Source: Verrucomicrobiaceae bacterium
GTDB taxonomy: Bacteria; Verrucomicrobiota; Verrucomicrobiia; Verrucomicrobiales; Akkermansiaceae
Direction: 5' to 3'
Assembly: GCA_051252135.1 (NCBI GenBank)
Contig: JBPOGH010000017.1
Span: 39,558 to 103,557 of the forward strand
Length of the DNA stretch: 64,000 nucleotides
In this document: positions 19,544-29,760 of the stretch, in pieces
Layout: the number at the start of each line of letters is the position of its first letter
Numbering within the stretch: position 1 is the first letter of the stretch
Made by a program: the position numbers and the translations under genes
Notes under the pieces: model-generated
Databases searched by the model: none
What the model was told of the DNA's origin: nothing
Seen by the model: only the letters and a program-made list of their open reading frames with translations

Positions 19544-21046
19544 ATGAAGCACCTTTTCCTCCTCCTTGCTTTATCCCTAAGCCCCTCCTTTTCTGCAATC
19601 AGCCTCTTCCAACCCCGGGATTCGCCGGATCTCGAACTCCCCGCAATTGAGGAAAACGACCCCTCCCGGTTTGCTGTCGAAGATTTCAATAAGGGAAATT
19701 ACCTCGAGGCGATTCTGAGAGCACAATCCTTGGCAGAAACCGGAAACCCAACCGCTCTTCTGTTGATGGGGCTCGCCTATGAACACGGAAAGGGCATCAA
19801 TCAATCCTCTGAATTGGCTCTTGAGCACTATCGGAAGGCCAGAAAAGCAGGCAATAAAGAAGCTCCGTACCGTCTCGCCCACCTGCTTGCCACCGTGGGC
19901 GGAGCCGATCGTCAACAGGAAGCCCGGTCAATCCTGGAAGCCCTCCATAAGGAAGATCGTGGGGTGGCCGCACGGCTTCTCGGACAGGGTATTCTGGAAG
20001 GCCGTTTCGGAGAGGAACCTGATTTCGATGAAACCCGAATCTGGTGGGAGAAAGCGGTCGATAAGGGGGATCAACCCGCAATTTTGACCCTCGCCCACCT
20101 CCTTGATGGCGATTTGGGATTCCCCGAAAAGCGGGATCCAGCCGGCGCGCTCAAGCTCTATTTGAAGGCTGCTGATCTAGGCGATGGCCGTGCCATGGCC
20201 ATTGCTGGATCACGTCTCCTCAACGGTGGTGAGGACATCCGAGATGAGAAAAAAGGGAAGGAACTGCTCGCAAAGGCGATCACCAACAAGCAACTGGATG
20301 CTTATCTCGTTCTCGGTGATTATGAGGAAAACGTGACGAAGGATGATTCTGCCGCCTTCGCCCAATACCTGAAGGGAGCCGAAGCCGGCCAAGGCCAATG
20401 CATGCTCAAGGTCGCCTCCTTCATCTTGGAAGGGCGCGCTGATCAAGAAAAGAACCCGAAAGAAGCATTGGCCTGGTTCAAAAAAGCCGGCGAGGCCGGA
20501 CAAGTTCTCGGACACGTCCAGGCCGCCAAAATCCTACTCAATGGCGAAGGACTCCAGATCGTCGAAGGCTACACCCATCTCGTGGCCGCAGCGGAATCCG
20601 GACTCGTCGACATGCAAAACGAGCTCGGATTGCTCTACTTATCCGGTCGCCTCGGAGTCCGGGACCTCACCGCCGCCGCGAGCTGGTTCCAACGCTCTGC
20701 GGCAGGGAAATACCCCGCCGGAGCATTCAATCTCGCAACCCTCTATGAGCAAGGGATGGGCGTCCCCCAGAGTTTCGATCAAGCCGGTCGCCTCTACACC
20801 TTGGCCGCCAATGCCGGACACCCTCAGTCCACCAGCGCACTCGGCAGACTTCATGCAGAGGGAAGAGGGACAAAACAAAATCTCCCCGAAGCATGGGCTC
20901 TCTTCTCCCTGGCCCTCGAGCGTGGTGATCAGGATGCTAAAGATTTCATCGACCAGGTCGCCAAGCTCCTCAAGGAAGACCAATTGAAGAAAGCTCGCGA
21001 AATTCTCGCTGAGTATCAAAAGACTCCTCCAGCCAAAGGAGAGTAG
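19544..21046 (+). CDS. Secreted Sel1-like repeat protein
   Basis: Signal peptide; repeated A...LG..Y..G.GV..D...A..W...AA..G units. Confidence 0.92.
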   Translation: MKHLFLLLALSLSPSFSAISLFQPRDSPDLELPAIEENDPSRFAVEDFNKGNYLEAILRAQSLAETGNPTALLLMGLAYEHGKGINQSSELALEHYRKARKAGNKEAPYRLAHLLATVGGADRQQEARSILEALHKEDRGVAARLLGQGILEGRFGEEPDFDETRIWWEKAVDKGDQPAILTLAHLLDGDLGFPEKRDPAGALKLYLKAADLGDGRAMAIAGSRLLNGGEDIRDEKKGKELLAKAITNKQLDAYLVLGDYEENVTKDDSAAFAQYLKGAEAGQGQCMLKVASFILEGRADQEKNPKEALAWFKKAGEAGQVLGHVQAAKILLNGEGLQIVEGYTHLVAAAESGLVDMQNELGLLYLSGRLGVRDLTAAASWFQRSAAGKYPAGAFNLATLYEQGMGVPQSFDQAGRLYTLAANAGHPQSTSALGRLHAEGRGTKQNLPEAWALFSLALERGDQDAKDFIDQVAKLLKEDQLKKAREILAEYQKTPPAKGE

Positions 21047-21059
21047 ATCCTGACCTCCT

Positions 21060-24000
21060 CTATCTTTTTTCCAGAACGATCTTGGCGTTCGCCAGATCGA
21101 CTTCTCGCGTCTCTTCCGGGCCATCGGGCCAGCTCACCGTGATGCTTCCCGTCGCCGCGTTCTCGGGCGCCGCGAAATAAAGAACCGGCTCGCTCTGGCT
21201 CAAATAACCACCCCCACCGTAAATCTCTGCCGTTTGCGAATGAATTCCCTCGGCCGCGAAGGTCACTCTTGCTCCGATCGCCGTCGGGTTCCCTTTCGAC
21301 CCCTTGAGCCGGATTGAAATTGGCCGCCCCCTTGTCGATTGATTGGTCAACAGGCTGGGGTGGGCGCCATTCGTTCCGACAAACAGATCGGGCCGGGCGT
21401 CGTCATTCACATCACAGATCACGACCGAGCGGGCATCTCCGGTGATCAGGACTCCACTCTCCATGACAGGTGAAACTTCGAAGGGGTTCTCCTGATTGCC
21501 GGTGCCCCGGAGCAAGGCGCTGATCCCGGGATTCATCGGGCCGGTTTCCACTTGGGGCTGCGAGAAATTTTGCGCGATGAACACATCGGTCAACCCATCG
21601 GCATCCACATCGGTCAGAGCAAGGCCAAAACCCGGAGACACTTGCGCCAGCCAAGGGAGTGGCACCGGCGTAAAATGCCCCTTCCCGTCATTCATGAATG
21701 CCGTCGTCTGCAGAGTGTTGCATTCGAGTTTTAGAGCGGGTTCGAGGCGGTCTTTTTCATAGAGTCCGTCGAGAGAGGTCATCGCAAATTGCTCGAAGGT
21801 TTTGATCTTATTTTTGAGCTGCGGGATGGCATTCGACGAACAGCTGTATCCTCGTCTGGGGTAGCAAATATCACCCTCGAACTTCGCTTCGATAATGTTG
21901 AACTCACCGGTCCCGGCCATATCTCCGTAAAAGATCAGCTCGGGCTTTTTCGCCGAAGCTTTGTAAATGGTGTTCGTCCCAAAGTTAGTCGCCACGTAAT
22001 CAATAAAGCCGTCTCCATTCAGGTCGCGGCCCTGGATCCCCTGCCACCAGCCCAGCAGATGATCGATCCCTGATTCCGCCGTGTGATCGCTGAATCCTTT
22101 CCCTGCATTATTCAGGAAGACCTTAATCGCCCCCCACTCATGCGCGGCCATCAGGTCAAGCCAGCCATCGTGATTGCAGTCGGTCCACAGGAGGCTGGTC
22201 ACAAGACCGGTGCCCATCAATTCAGGAATCATCTCTTCCGTGACGTCGGTGAACTTACCCGCGTCATTTCGGAGAATTCGGCTGTTCGCTGCCACCGGAT
22301 ATTTCCCCGGCACCATCCTCCCGCCCACCGCAAGGTCAAGATCCCCATCCCGATCGTAATCGGCCGCAACCACTGAAAAACTCGATTCCATAATCTTCGG
22401 CAACGCCCCGTCAGCATGGGTAAACTTGCCCGTTCCGTCATTGAAATACAGCCGATCTTGGTAAGCGGGATCGTCGAGCGCTGATTCCACCCCGCCACTC
22501 GCAATGTAGAGATCCTGATCCCCGTCACCATCGGCGTCAAAAAGCAGAGTCCCCATCGCTTCGGTAGCGAGATCGGAGGCAACATCATCGGACGGATTCG
22601 GAACAAAGTTCAACCCGCCATTCTCAGTCTTGGCAATGCGAAACTCTTTCGTCGGGGAACCTTTCGAACCACCGTAAATCAATTCTGATTGGCCATCACC
22701 GGTAACATCCCCCCAAGCGACCCCCGGACCCAATTTTGCATGCGATTTGGGCAGCAGCGCTTGAACCTCGAAGTCATCAAACTCGCTTTCCAGATGCCCG
22801 ATGGGAGCGTGGGATTTTCTGAAGATGGGAGTGGGTCGATCGACCACAAACGAAACCGGTTTGTCCGGAGTGTCATCAGGCTCGTGAATGGTGTGAATCC
22901 TTCCGGCCTCCAGATTCCGAACCTCTTGAATGGCCCCGCTCGGCCATCGGATCTCTACCCGATCAACTTCTCTTGCTTTTCCAATTCCAAAATGGGCAAT
23001 CGGTTCGTCGGTGCTCAGGAAGCCACCACTGGTATAAATTTCCCGGGTTTGGGAGTTCTCGCCCAAGTGAATTTCCACCCGGGCTCCCAATCCAAACTTG
23101 TTGGATTGTTTCCCCCTGAGTTGAATCTGAATGCTATTCCCCTCAGCCACCGTGTTCTCATAAAGATAGGGAGGTTCTTCCAAATTGGTAACGATCAGAT
23201 CCAGATCTCCATCCCGGTCGAGATCAGCGGTGGCCGCTCCAAAGCTCATGCTCATTTGATTGAGCCCCCACTTTTTCGAAACATCTTCAAAGGTCAAATC
23301 GCCCGAGTTTCGATAGGCCAGATTCTCTTCCCGCAGTTCCGGTTTGTCTTTGTAGAAATCGAACAAATTCTTCCCGATAAGAAGCTCCCCTTTGGTGACA
23401 GAGGGCAAATCGCTATGAGTGAATTGCCGCGTCATTCCATTCGTGAAAAAGAGGTCCTGCCAACCGTCCTGATCAAAATCTTCCGCCTGAATCGCCCAAG
23501 TCCAATCCGTGGAGGCAACCCCTGTCATGTTCCCGATTTCCAGAAGCCTCGAGCTTCCCTGATTGAGATAAAAAGCGTTGCGGGGCAGCTGACGCGGGCC
23601 GAACGGCTCCTCCAGGATTTGCTCCAACCCACTCCCCATCGCTCCCATGAAGAGTTTGTTTTTATAGTGAGTGGTAGCGGACATGTCGGCCATAATCAGG
23701 TCCGTCCACCCGTTGTTGTCGACATCAAGCACTGCGGCTCCCATCGAGGTCCAGGCGGAAGAGGGCGCGATCTGTTTGAGGACTTCGGCAAAGGTCCCGT
23801 CCCCTCGGTTTAAATAAAAGAAATCGGGCTCATGCAGGTCGTTCCCCACAAAAATGTCGGGGTAACCATCCCGGTTCCAATCCCACCACGTCACCGAGTT
23901 TCCATATCCCCGCCGTTGCCCAACTCCTGTTGATTCTGAAACATCGACAAATTTGCCGCCGGTGTTTTTCAAGAGGATGTCCCGGCGTGAAACCTCGCGG

Positions 24001-24695
24001 AAAATGGGCTTTCCGTTCTCGAGACCATCGTAGTCGTAGTAACGCGCGTCCTCCCCAATAACCTCACCGGTCTTGAAGTCATCGGACACTTTCATCTGGA
24101 GGTCCTCCGGTCTTCCCCCTTCCCGATAGAGTCGATGGTTGAGAAGGTAGACATCCAAAAGTCCGTCCCGGTCATAATCCGCAAAGGCCGGCATGATCCC
24201 GGCATCGACAATATCCAGCCCCCACTCTGCCGCTTTTTCCTCAAAGACGGGGAATGAACTCCCTGCCGGAGTAACGTTGATCCAGAGCTCATTGGGTGCG
24301 TCGTAATTGCAGAGATAGAGATCGAGGTCTCCGTCATTGTCGATATCTGCAGCAGCAGCACCGCTTCCCCATCGATTCAAATCGGAAATCCCTGCTTGCT
24401 CGGTGACGTCTCGATAGGAAAATTTCGATGTCTCCGAGTAGAGCTTGTTGACCCCCGGTCCATTGGTGAAGAAGAGTTCCGGTTTCCCGTCTCCGGTAAA
24501 ATCAGCCACCACCACACCGCCGCATGCCGAACTACTGTAATAAACGCGACTAAGAGGGTGATTCACCTCAATCGGACACACGTGTTTAAGTCCCGACGTT
24601 TCAGGAGAAATCAGCTTAAAACCGCTCTCTGCATGGGTGGTCTCCGCTGCCAACAGGAGAATTGGAAGAGCACAGGATTTGAGGCGGGGGGTCAT
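21060..24695 (-). CDS. FG-GAP/VCBS repeat protein with two ASPIC/UnbV domains (CRTAC1-like)
   Basis: Many D.D.DG..DL repeats; two G.GARV...GG(F/Y)LS......F motifs; start MTPRL chosen. Confidence 0.9.
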   Translation of the reverse strand: MTPRLKSCALPILLLAAETTHAESGFKLISPETSGLKHVCPIEVNHPLSRVYYSSSACGGVVVADFTGDGKPELFFTNGPGVNKLYSETSKFSYRDVTEQAGISDLNRWGSGAAAADIDNDGDLDLYLCNYDAPNELWINVTPAGSSFPVFEEKAAEWGLDIVDAGIMPAFADYDRDGLLDVYLLNHRLYREGGRPEDLQMKVSDDFKTGEVIGEDARYYDYDGLENGKPIFREVSRRDILLKNTGGKFVDVSESTGVGQRRGYGNSVTWWDWNRDGYPDIFVGNDLHEPDFFYLNRGDGTFAEVLKQIAPSSAWTSMGAAVLDVDNNGWTDLIMADMSATTHYKNKLFMGAMGSGLEQILEEPFGPRQLPRNAFYLNQGSSRLLEIGNMTGVASTDWTWAIQAEDFDQDGWQDLFFTNGMTRQFTHSDLPSVTKGELLIGKNLFDFYKDKPELREENLAYRNSGDLTFEDVSKKWGLNQMSMSFGAATADLDRDGDLDLIVTNLEEPPYLYENTVAEGNSIQIQLRGKQSNKFGLGARVEIHLGENSQTREIYTSGGFLSTDEPIAHFGIGKAREVDRVEIRWPSGAIQEVRNLEAGRIHTIHEPDDTPDKPVSFVVDRPTPIFRKSHAPIGHLESEFDDFEVQALLPKSHAKLGPGVAWGDVTGDGQSELIYGGSKGSPTKEFRIAKTENGGLNFVPNPSDDVASDLATEAMGTLLFDADGDGDQDLYIASGGVESALDDPAYQDRLYFNDGTGKFTHADGALPKIMESSFSVVAADYDRDGDLDLAVGGRMVPGKYPVAANSRILRNDAGKFTDVTEEMIPELMGTGLVTSLLWTDCNHDGWLDLMAAHEWGAIKVFLNNAGKGFSDHTAESGIDHLLGWWQGIQGRDLNGDGFIDYVATNFGTNTIYKASAKKPELIFYGDMAGTGEFNIIEAKFEGDICYPRRGYSCSSNAIPQLKNKIKTFEQFAMTSLDGLYEKDRLEPALKLECNTLQTTAFMNDGKGHFTPVPLPWLAQVSPGFGLALTDVDADGLTDVFIAQNFSQPQVETGPMNPGISALLRGTGNQENPFEVSPVMESGVLITGDARSVVICDVNDDARPDLFVGTNGAHPSLLTNQSTRGRPISIRLKGSKGNPTAIGARVTFAAEGIHSQTAEIYGGGGYLSQSEPVLYFAAPENAATGSITVSWPDGPEETREVDLANAKIVLEKR

Positions 24696-25062
24696 TCTGA
24701 TACGATCCTCCAAACGAAGGGGGGCTTTCTCAAGTGCTAATTTTGACCCGAAACCGAAAGACTGAAGGCAATCCCTTAACCCGGATCGACCCCAAGGGGA
24801 CGCATCAGTCGCCCATCAACCGGTCAAAAGGGAGAATTTAAAACCACCCATATTCTCGCGGGCAGTCGGCAAAAGGCTCCTACTGGGGCACTTAGGCAAA
24901 TTTTGAGCGCTGCACCTCGTCTGGAGTCAAAAAATTACGAGCATCTTAAGAACTTCCTACTTGCTGGAGCATATCCGAATAGCTAGCGTTCCGGTTGCGA
25001 ACTGAATGACTGACCCCTTTTTCAGCATTTTGGGAATCGCCACAAAAGACACTCAACACACG

Positions 25063-27258
25063 ATGAAACGAAGATTCTATCGCTCGGCCCCCATTTTAAC
25101 CGCCTTTACCCTCAGTGGTCTGGCAGCCTCCCTCTCGGCACAGATCGTGTGGGATGGAGATACTGATACTGATTTCGCCAATGGTAACAACTGGGTGGGC
25201 AACACCGCCCCTACCAATGACACCACCACTGATATCGCTCAGTTCAACGGGGCGACAACGTTCCAACCTGACCTTTCTTCGGGCGCGCGCGGGGTGAACG
25301 GCCTCGATTTCCAAACCGGCGGTTGGACCTTGAGTGGATCCAATATCCTTTCGATTGGAGGCAGTGGTATCTTTAGCAGTGGAACCAATACTATTTCTGC
25401 TGAAATCGCTCAATCCGGGAACGCAACCTACTCCTCGGCCACCGGCGGCCAACTCAATCTGAACCGCATCACGGGAAACACTGTCACTTTCGGGTCCGCT
25501 GGCAATACCGGCGAAGTCGTGCTGAACGGACCTTCTGACAACGCTAGCTTCAGTCCCACCGTTGCTTTCGGAACGGTAACTCTGAACAAAGGCGACGGCA
25601 CCGGAGGCGATTCCGGAAGCTCTACGAACAATGTCTCGGTAGACGCAGGCGCAACTCTCAGGTTCGGTTCCCTGCTCACCAGCCGGGGCTCTGGTGGAGG
25701 ACGCGGCCAGATTTTCGGCACTGCGACCGTCAATGGCACCATGGACTTGAACGGCCAAGGCTTGACCCTTGACGACACCTTCAACTGGAGCATGGGTGGA
25801 TTAACTGGATCCGGCACCGTGACCAACAATGGATCGGGTTCTGCACAGCTTAGGATCAAAGGTGGAAGCACTTTTGACGGTGATATCACTGATGGAACTG
25901 GCACTACCGCAATGGTGTTTCAAACCGATTACCAATTGAATGGGACAGCCAAGACTTATTCCGGCGGCACCACCATCGACGGTGGCGAAGTGATCCTCAA
26001 CACCGGTAACTCAACGGATGCCTTGGGAAGCGGAGATATCACCCTGATCAACGGTGGTCACATCAAGAACAGAAATAACAATCAGGTTCTCAACAATAAC
26101 ATTGTCATTGGTACCGGTGGCGGTGGAATCGAAACCGGTTGGGGAAATGGTCTGGGAACCTCCAGTAAGGTGATCACTCTCAATGGTGTGATTTCTGGAT
26201 CCGAGCAGCTGACGATTGTTAACGACGGCGGAACAACCCGCCTCCTCAATGGAAGCAACACCCACAGTGGCGGCACGGTGAATTCAGGATATGTCCAGGC
26301 GAACTCCGGTGCTTTTGGAACGGGAGACATCACTTTGGATGGTAACGGTACTGAACGTGGAGGAATCCAGAACTTTGGTGGATATGATGTGCATTCCAAC
26401 AACGTGATCGTCGCTGCTGGAGGTGGCGTTCTGAAAGCCGGCTGGAACAATAATCTCGAGTTCACCGGCGTCGTATCCGGCTCTGGCCGTCTGAGAATCC
26501 AGGAGGATTCGGGACGTGTTGTCCTAAGTAACAGTGCCAACACTTTCTCGGGGAACATCGAGTTTGATACAGGTGACTCCAGAATCAACGTCGGTTCCCT
26601 TCAAAGTGGTAACTACACCGGAACAATCAGCGGACCAGGAACCATTCAATATGATCTGGGATCCGGCACTCAGGTGCTCGCATCTTCAAGCACGATTTCC
26701 CTCACCGGAGCGTCTGTGATTGACAGCGGTAATCTCCAGGTCGACACCGACATGTCTTCCAGCCCGCTTTTCGTCCGGAACGGAGCAACCGTCAGTGGTA
26801 TCGGAACTCTGGGAGTCACCACCATCGAAGCGGGCGGCACCATCGCTCCCGGACAAAGCCCTGGCATCCTCAACACCGGGAACCTCAGCCTTGCCGCTGC
26901 GGCTGCAACTTATAGCGCTGAGATCAGTGGCACGACCCTGGGAACCGAATACGATCAAGTGAACGTTACCGGATCGGTCGATGTGACTGGAGGAACCCTG
27001 ACTTTGGTCCTTACGAACTCCTACACGCATGGCGATACCTTCATCCTGATCAACAATGACGGTGCCGACGCGATTACCGGAACCTTCAATGGAGTGCCCC
27101 AAGGTGGCATCGTGACCAATTACGGTGGATTTGACTGGGTCGCCAGTTATACCGCCGGTGATGGTAACGATTTTGGAGTATCGGCTGTGCCCGAGCCCAC
27201 CACCGGACTCCTCGCCCTCGCCTCTCTCGGCCTCCTCGCCCTCAGAAGACGCAAGTAA
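25063..27258 (+). CDS. Autotransporter-associated beta-strand-repeat protein with PEP-CTERM
   Basis: G/T/N-rich repeats (TYSGGTTI, NTHSGGT, NTFSG), IAPGQSPG, YDQVNVTG; ends VPEPTT...RRRK; start MKRRF chosen. Confidence 0.88.
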   Translation: MKRRFYRSAPILTAFTLSGLAASLSAQIVWDGDTDTDFANGNNWVGNTAPTNDTTTDIAQFNGATTFQPDLSSGARGVNGLDFQTGGWTLSGSNILSIGGSGIFSSGTNTISAEIAQSGNATYSSATGGQLNLNRITGNTVTFGSAGNTGEVVLNGPSDNASFSPTVAFGTVTLNKGDGTGGDSGSSTNNVSVDAGATLRFGSLLTSRGSGGGRGQIFGTATVNGTMDLNGQGLTLDDTFNWSMGGLTGSGTVTNNGSGSAQLRIKGGSTFDGDITDGTGTTAMVFQTDYQLNGTAKTYSGGTTIDGGEVILNTGNSTDALGSGDITLINGGHIKNRNNNQVLNNNIVIGTGGGGIETGWGNGLGTSSKVITLNGVISGSEQLTIVNDGGTTRLLNGSNTHSGGTVNSGYVQANSGAFGTGDITLDGNGTERGGIQNFGGYDVHSNNVIVAAGGGVLKAGWNNNLEFTGVVSGSGRLRIQEDSGRVVLSNSANTFSGNIEFDTGDSRINVGSLQSGNYTGTISGPGTIQYDLGSGTQVLASSSTISLTGASVIDSGNLQVDTDMSSSPLFVRNGATVSGIGTLGVTTIEAGGTIAPGQSPGILNTGNLSLAAAAATYSAEISGTTLGTEYDQVNVTGSVDVTGGTLTLVLTNSYTHGDTFILINNDGADAITGTFNGVPQGGIVTNYGGFDWVASYTAGDGNDFGVSAVPEPTTGLLALASLGLLALRRRK

Positions 27259-27277
27259 GCAAACCACTTCAAACTTC

Positions 27278-27312
27278 AAAACGCCCCTTCCCTCGTGGAT
27301 CGGGCGTTTTTC
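27278..27312 (+). terminator. Intrinsic terminator
   Basis: AAAACGCCC...GGGCGTTTTTT. Confidence 0.7.
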
Positions 27313-27363
27313 TTTGACTTCAACCTTCACTCTTTCCCATTCCCAATTCAACCTCCCGCCGCG

Positions 27364-28380
27364 ATGCAAGAGCAAGTGAGCCAAATCCAAGCCGACGCCC
27401 TCGGCGCCATCGAAGCTGCCCGTACCGAAGCCGCCCTTGAGGACGCCCGGGTCAAATTCCTTGGCAAAAAAAGCCCCCTCAATGCCCTCGCCGGCGAAAT
27501 GCGGAATCTCTCCAACGAGGAGAAGCCCAAACTCGGAGCCGCCCTCAACGCCGCCCGCCAAGCCATCACCGGTTCACTCGACGAACGCAAGCAGTCCCTT
27601 CAGGACGCTGCCGACGCCGCCTCCGTCGCTTCCATCGATCCCACCCTTCCCGCCCGTAACCTCCCCATCGGCGCCCTCCACCCCCTCACCATCGTCAAGG
27701 ACCGCGCCATTCAGATTCTACGCCGCCTCGGCTTCGCCCTCGCCGATGGACCGGAGATCGAAACCGAATTCCACTGCTTCGACGCCCTCAACACCCCCGC
27801 CGATCACCCCGCGCGCAACGACTCGGACACCTTTTACTTCGATTCCGGCAAGCTCCTCCGCACCCACACCTCCAGCGTGCAAATCCGCACCATGGAAAAA
27901 GCCGCCCCTCCCATCAAAATCATCGCCCCCGGATCCGCCTACCGCCGCGATGAGATCGATGCCACCCACCTCTCCGTCTTCAATCAGCTCGAGGGCCTCT
28001 ACGTCGACAAGGACGTTCGCCTCTCCGACCTCAAGGGCACCCTCGAATTCTTCTACCGCGCCATGTTCGGCGAAAACACCGAAGTCCGCTTCCGCCCCCA
28101 CTTCTTCCCCTTCACCGAGCCCAGCTTCGAGATCGACGTCAAACTCCAGGTCAAAGGCGAAGAACCCAAGTGGATCGAGGTCGCCGGTTGCGGCATGGTC
28201 GACCCCGCCGTCTTCACCCAGGTCAATGAAAGCCGGGGCGACCTCGCCTTCGATCCCGCACAGCTCACCGGCTACGCCTTCGGCATGGGCCTCGATCGCC
28301 TCGCCATGATCCAATACGGCATCCGCGACATCCGCCTCCTCATCGAGAACGACACCCGCTTCCTCAGCCAGTTCGCATAA
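27364..28380 (+). CDS. pheS: Phenylalanine-tRNA ligase alpha subunit
   Basis: HPAR...DTFY, LLRTHTS, FRPHFFPFTEPS, GYAFGMGLDRLAM; start MQEQ. Confidence 0.98.
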   Translation: MQEQVSQIQADALGAIEAARTEAALEDARVKFLGKKSPLNALAGEMRNLSNEEKPKLGAALNAARQAITGSLDERKQSLQDAADAASVASIDPTLPARNLPIGALHPLTIVKDRAIQILRRLGFALADGPEIETEFHCFDALNTPADHPARNDSDTFYFDSGKLLRTHTSSVQIRTMEKAAPPIKIIAPGSAYRRDEIDATHLSVFNQLEGLYVDKDVRLSDLKGTLEFFYRAMFGENTEVRFRPHFFPFTEPSFEIDVKLQVKGEEPKWIEVAGCGMVDPAVFTQVNESRGDLAFDPAQLTGYAFGMGLDRLAMIQYGIRDIRLLIENDTRFLSQFA

Positions 28381-28414
28381 AAAAAGCGCACCCGATCATC
28401 AATCGGATGCGCTT
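28379..28414. terminator. Hairpin terminator between convergent genes
   Basis: A-run, then AAGCGCA-CCCGAT...ATCGG-ATGCGCTT. Confidence 0.6.
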
Positions 28415-28431
28415 CGGAAAAATCACGACCT

Positions 28432-29655
28432 CTACGGGTTCTCCTCCACGGTGAAGAACAAGCGCGCCGCACCGGGAACGGGATGCTCAAAAACGTAAGT
28501 GTAACGACCCACTTCGGCATTCGAATCCAGCCCGTCATTGTCCACAAACGCGTCTCCCAAATCACCAAGACGCCGTGGCTCACCCAGCACATCCGTAAAA
28601 TACAAAATGTAGTCTGAACCCGGACTCACATTCCACGTCAGGGAAAACTGATCAAACTCCTTGTCGTAAGAAATGTCACTGATTTGCAGCCCCGGACCGG
28701 GCGTGTTCTTCACTTGCAGCTCCTTCTCCACGATCCGCATCTCCCAGCCGCCATCGATCGCGTCCTGACTCAAAGCCAGCCCCTCATCAGTCACCGTCCC
28801 GCCCCAGGACATCACCGTAATCCAACCGGCCTTGGCTCCACCGGCATCATAAGGATCCAGAATCGCCCCCGCACGGAAGGTCACATCCCCGTTCAGCCCC
28901 GCTCCATCAACAAATGCGATCGATATCGGAGTCACGCCATCCCCTGTAATCCCGGGGCGAAGAACACCTCCCCCATCCTGAATCCAAAAGCCATCGGCAC
29001 TCCCACTCCCTCCAATATTAATGTCCGTCGCTCCCGTCCCCACCACCTCAAAAGTCCCCTGGGCCCCCACTTGCGCCCCCACCCGCGTCAGGATCGATCC
29101 TCCCGAGATTGAAAAATTCCCCACCCCGCCGAAGCCGACCGACAAACTGGTACTGATCAATTCTGCCGACCGCACTCCACGGGCAATCAGCAAATCCCCT
29201 CCCGTAATCACCATATTCCCGGTTCCCCCACTCAGTCCCAACTGAATCCCGTTGATACTGGCAGAGCCTCCGGACATCGTCCAGGACCCCGTGACCCCAT
29301 TGCGGCCCACCCGGCTGGCATCGTTCGAGTTGAATGTCGCAAGCAACGAGCCACCCGTTTGCTCAAACTCACCGTCCAATCCATTGTATCCAATTCGGAT
29401 GGCGGAAATATTGACGGGATCTCCCTCCGCCATCACAGCCTTATCGTCACCCGCAAGATCAATGACCATCTGGTGCCGTCCCGCCTCGGGAAAGCCCGTG
29501 ACCGGAGGAAGGGCAACATCGGGAATCGAGGTCCAATTGTCTCCATTGAGGTAGTCGTTGTCTGCCGCCGTATTGGTCCAGGTGTATTCCAGACCAAGGG
29601 CCGTTCCGGCAACAAGTGTCGCCGCTAATGTGGAGAATATCATTCGTGAATTCAT
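28432..29655 (-). CDS. Secreted Gly-rich beta-repeat protein with C-terminal domain
   Basis: Signal peptide after MNSRM; shares its N-terminal module with the neighbouring gene; ends RLFFTVEENP. Confidence 0.8.
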   Translation of the reverse strand: MNSRMIFSTLAATLVAGTALGLEYTWTNTAADNDYLNGDNWTSIPDVALPPVTGFPEAGRHQMVIDLAGDDKAVMAEGDPVNISAIRIGYNGLDGEFEQTGGSLLATFNSNDASRVGRNGVTGSWTMSGGSASINGIQLGLSGGTGNMVITGGDLLIARGVRSAELISTSLSVGFGGVGNFSISGGSILTRVGAQVGAQGTFEVVGTGATDINIGGSGSADGFWIQDGGGVLRPGITGDGVTPISIAFVDGAGLNGDVTFRAGAILDPYDAGGAKAGWITVMSWGGTVTDEGLALSQDAIDGGWEMRIVEKELQVKNTPGPGLQISDISYDKEFDQFSLTWNVSPGSDYILYFTDVLGEPRRLGDLGDAFVDNDGLDSNAEVGRYTYVFEHPVPGAARLFFTVEENP

Positions 29656-29760
29656 CGTGTGATCGGGGTTCTTCAAAAAAGGGAGAGACATCAACCCTCT
29701 CCTTTTCGCTAACAGGCGCAATTCACCTTTCTCTACAGCTGCAGGAAAAATTCCCTGTCA

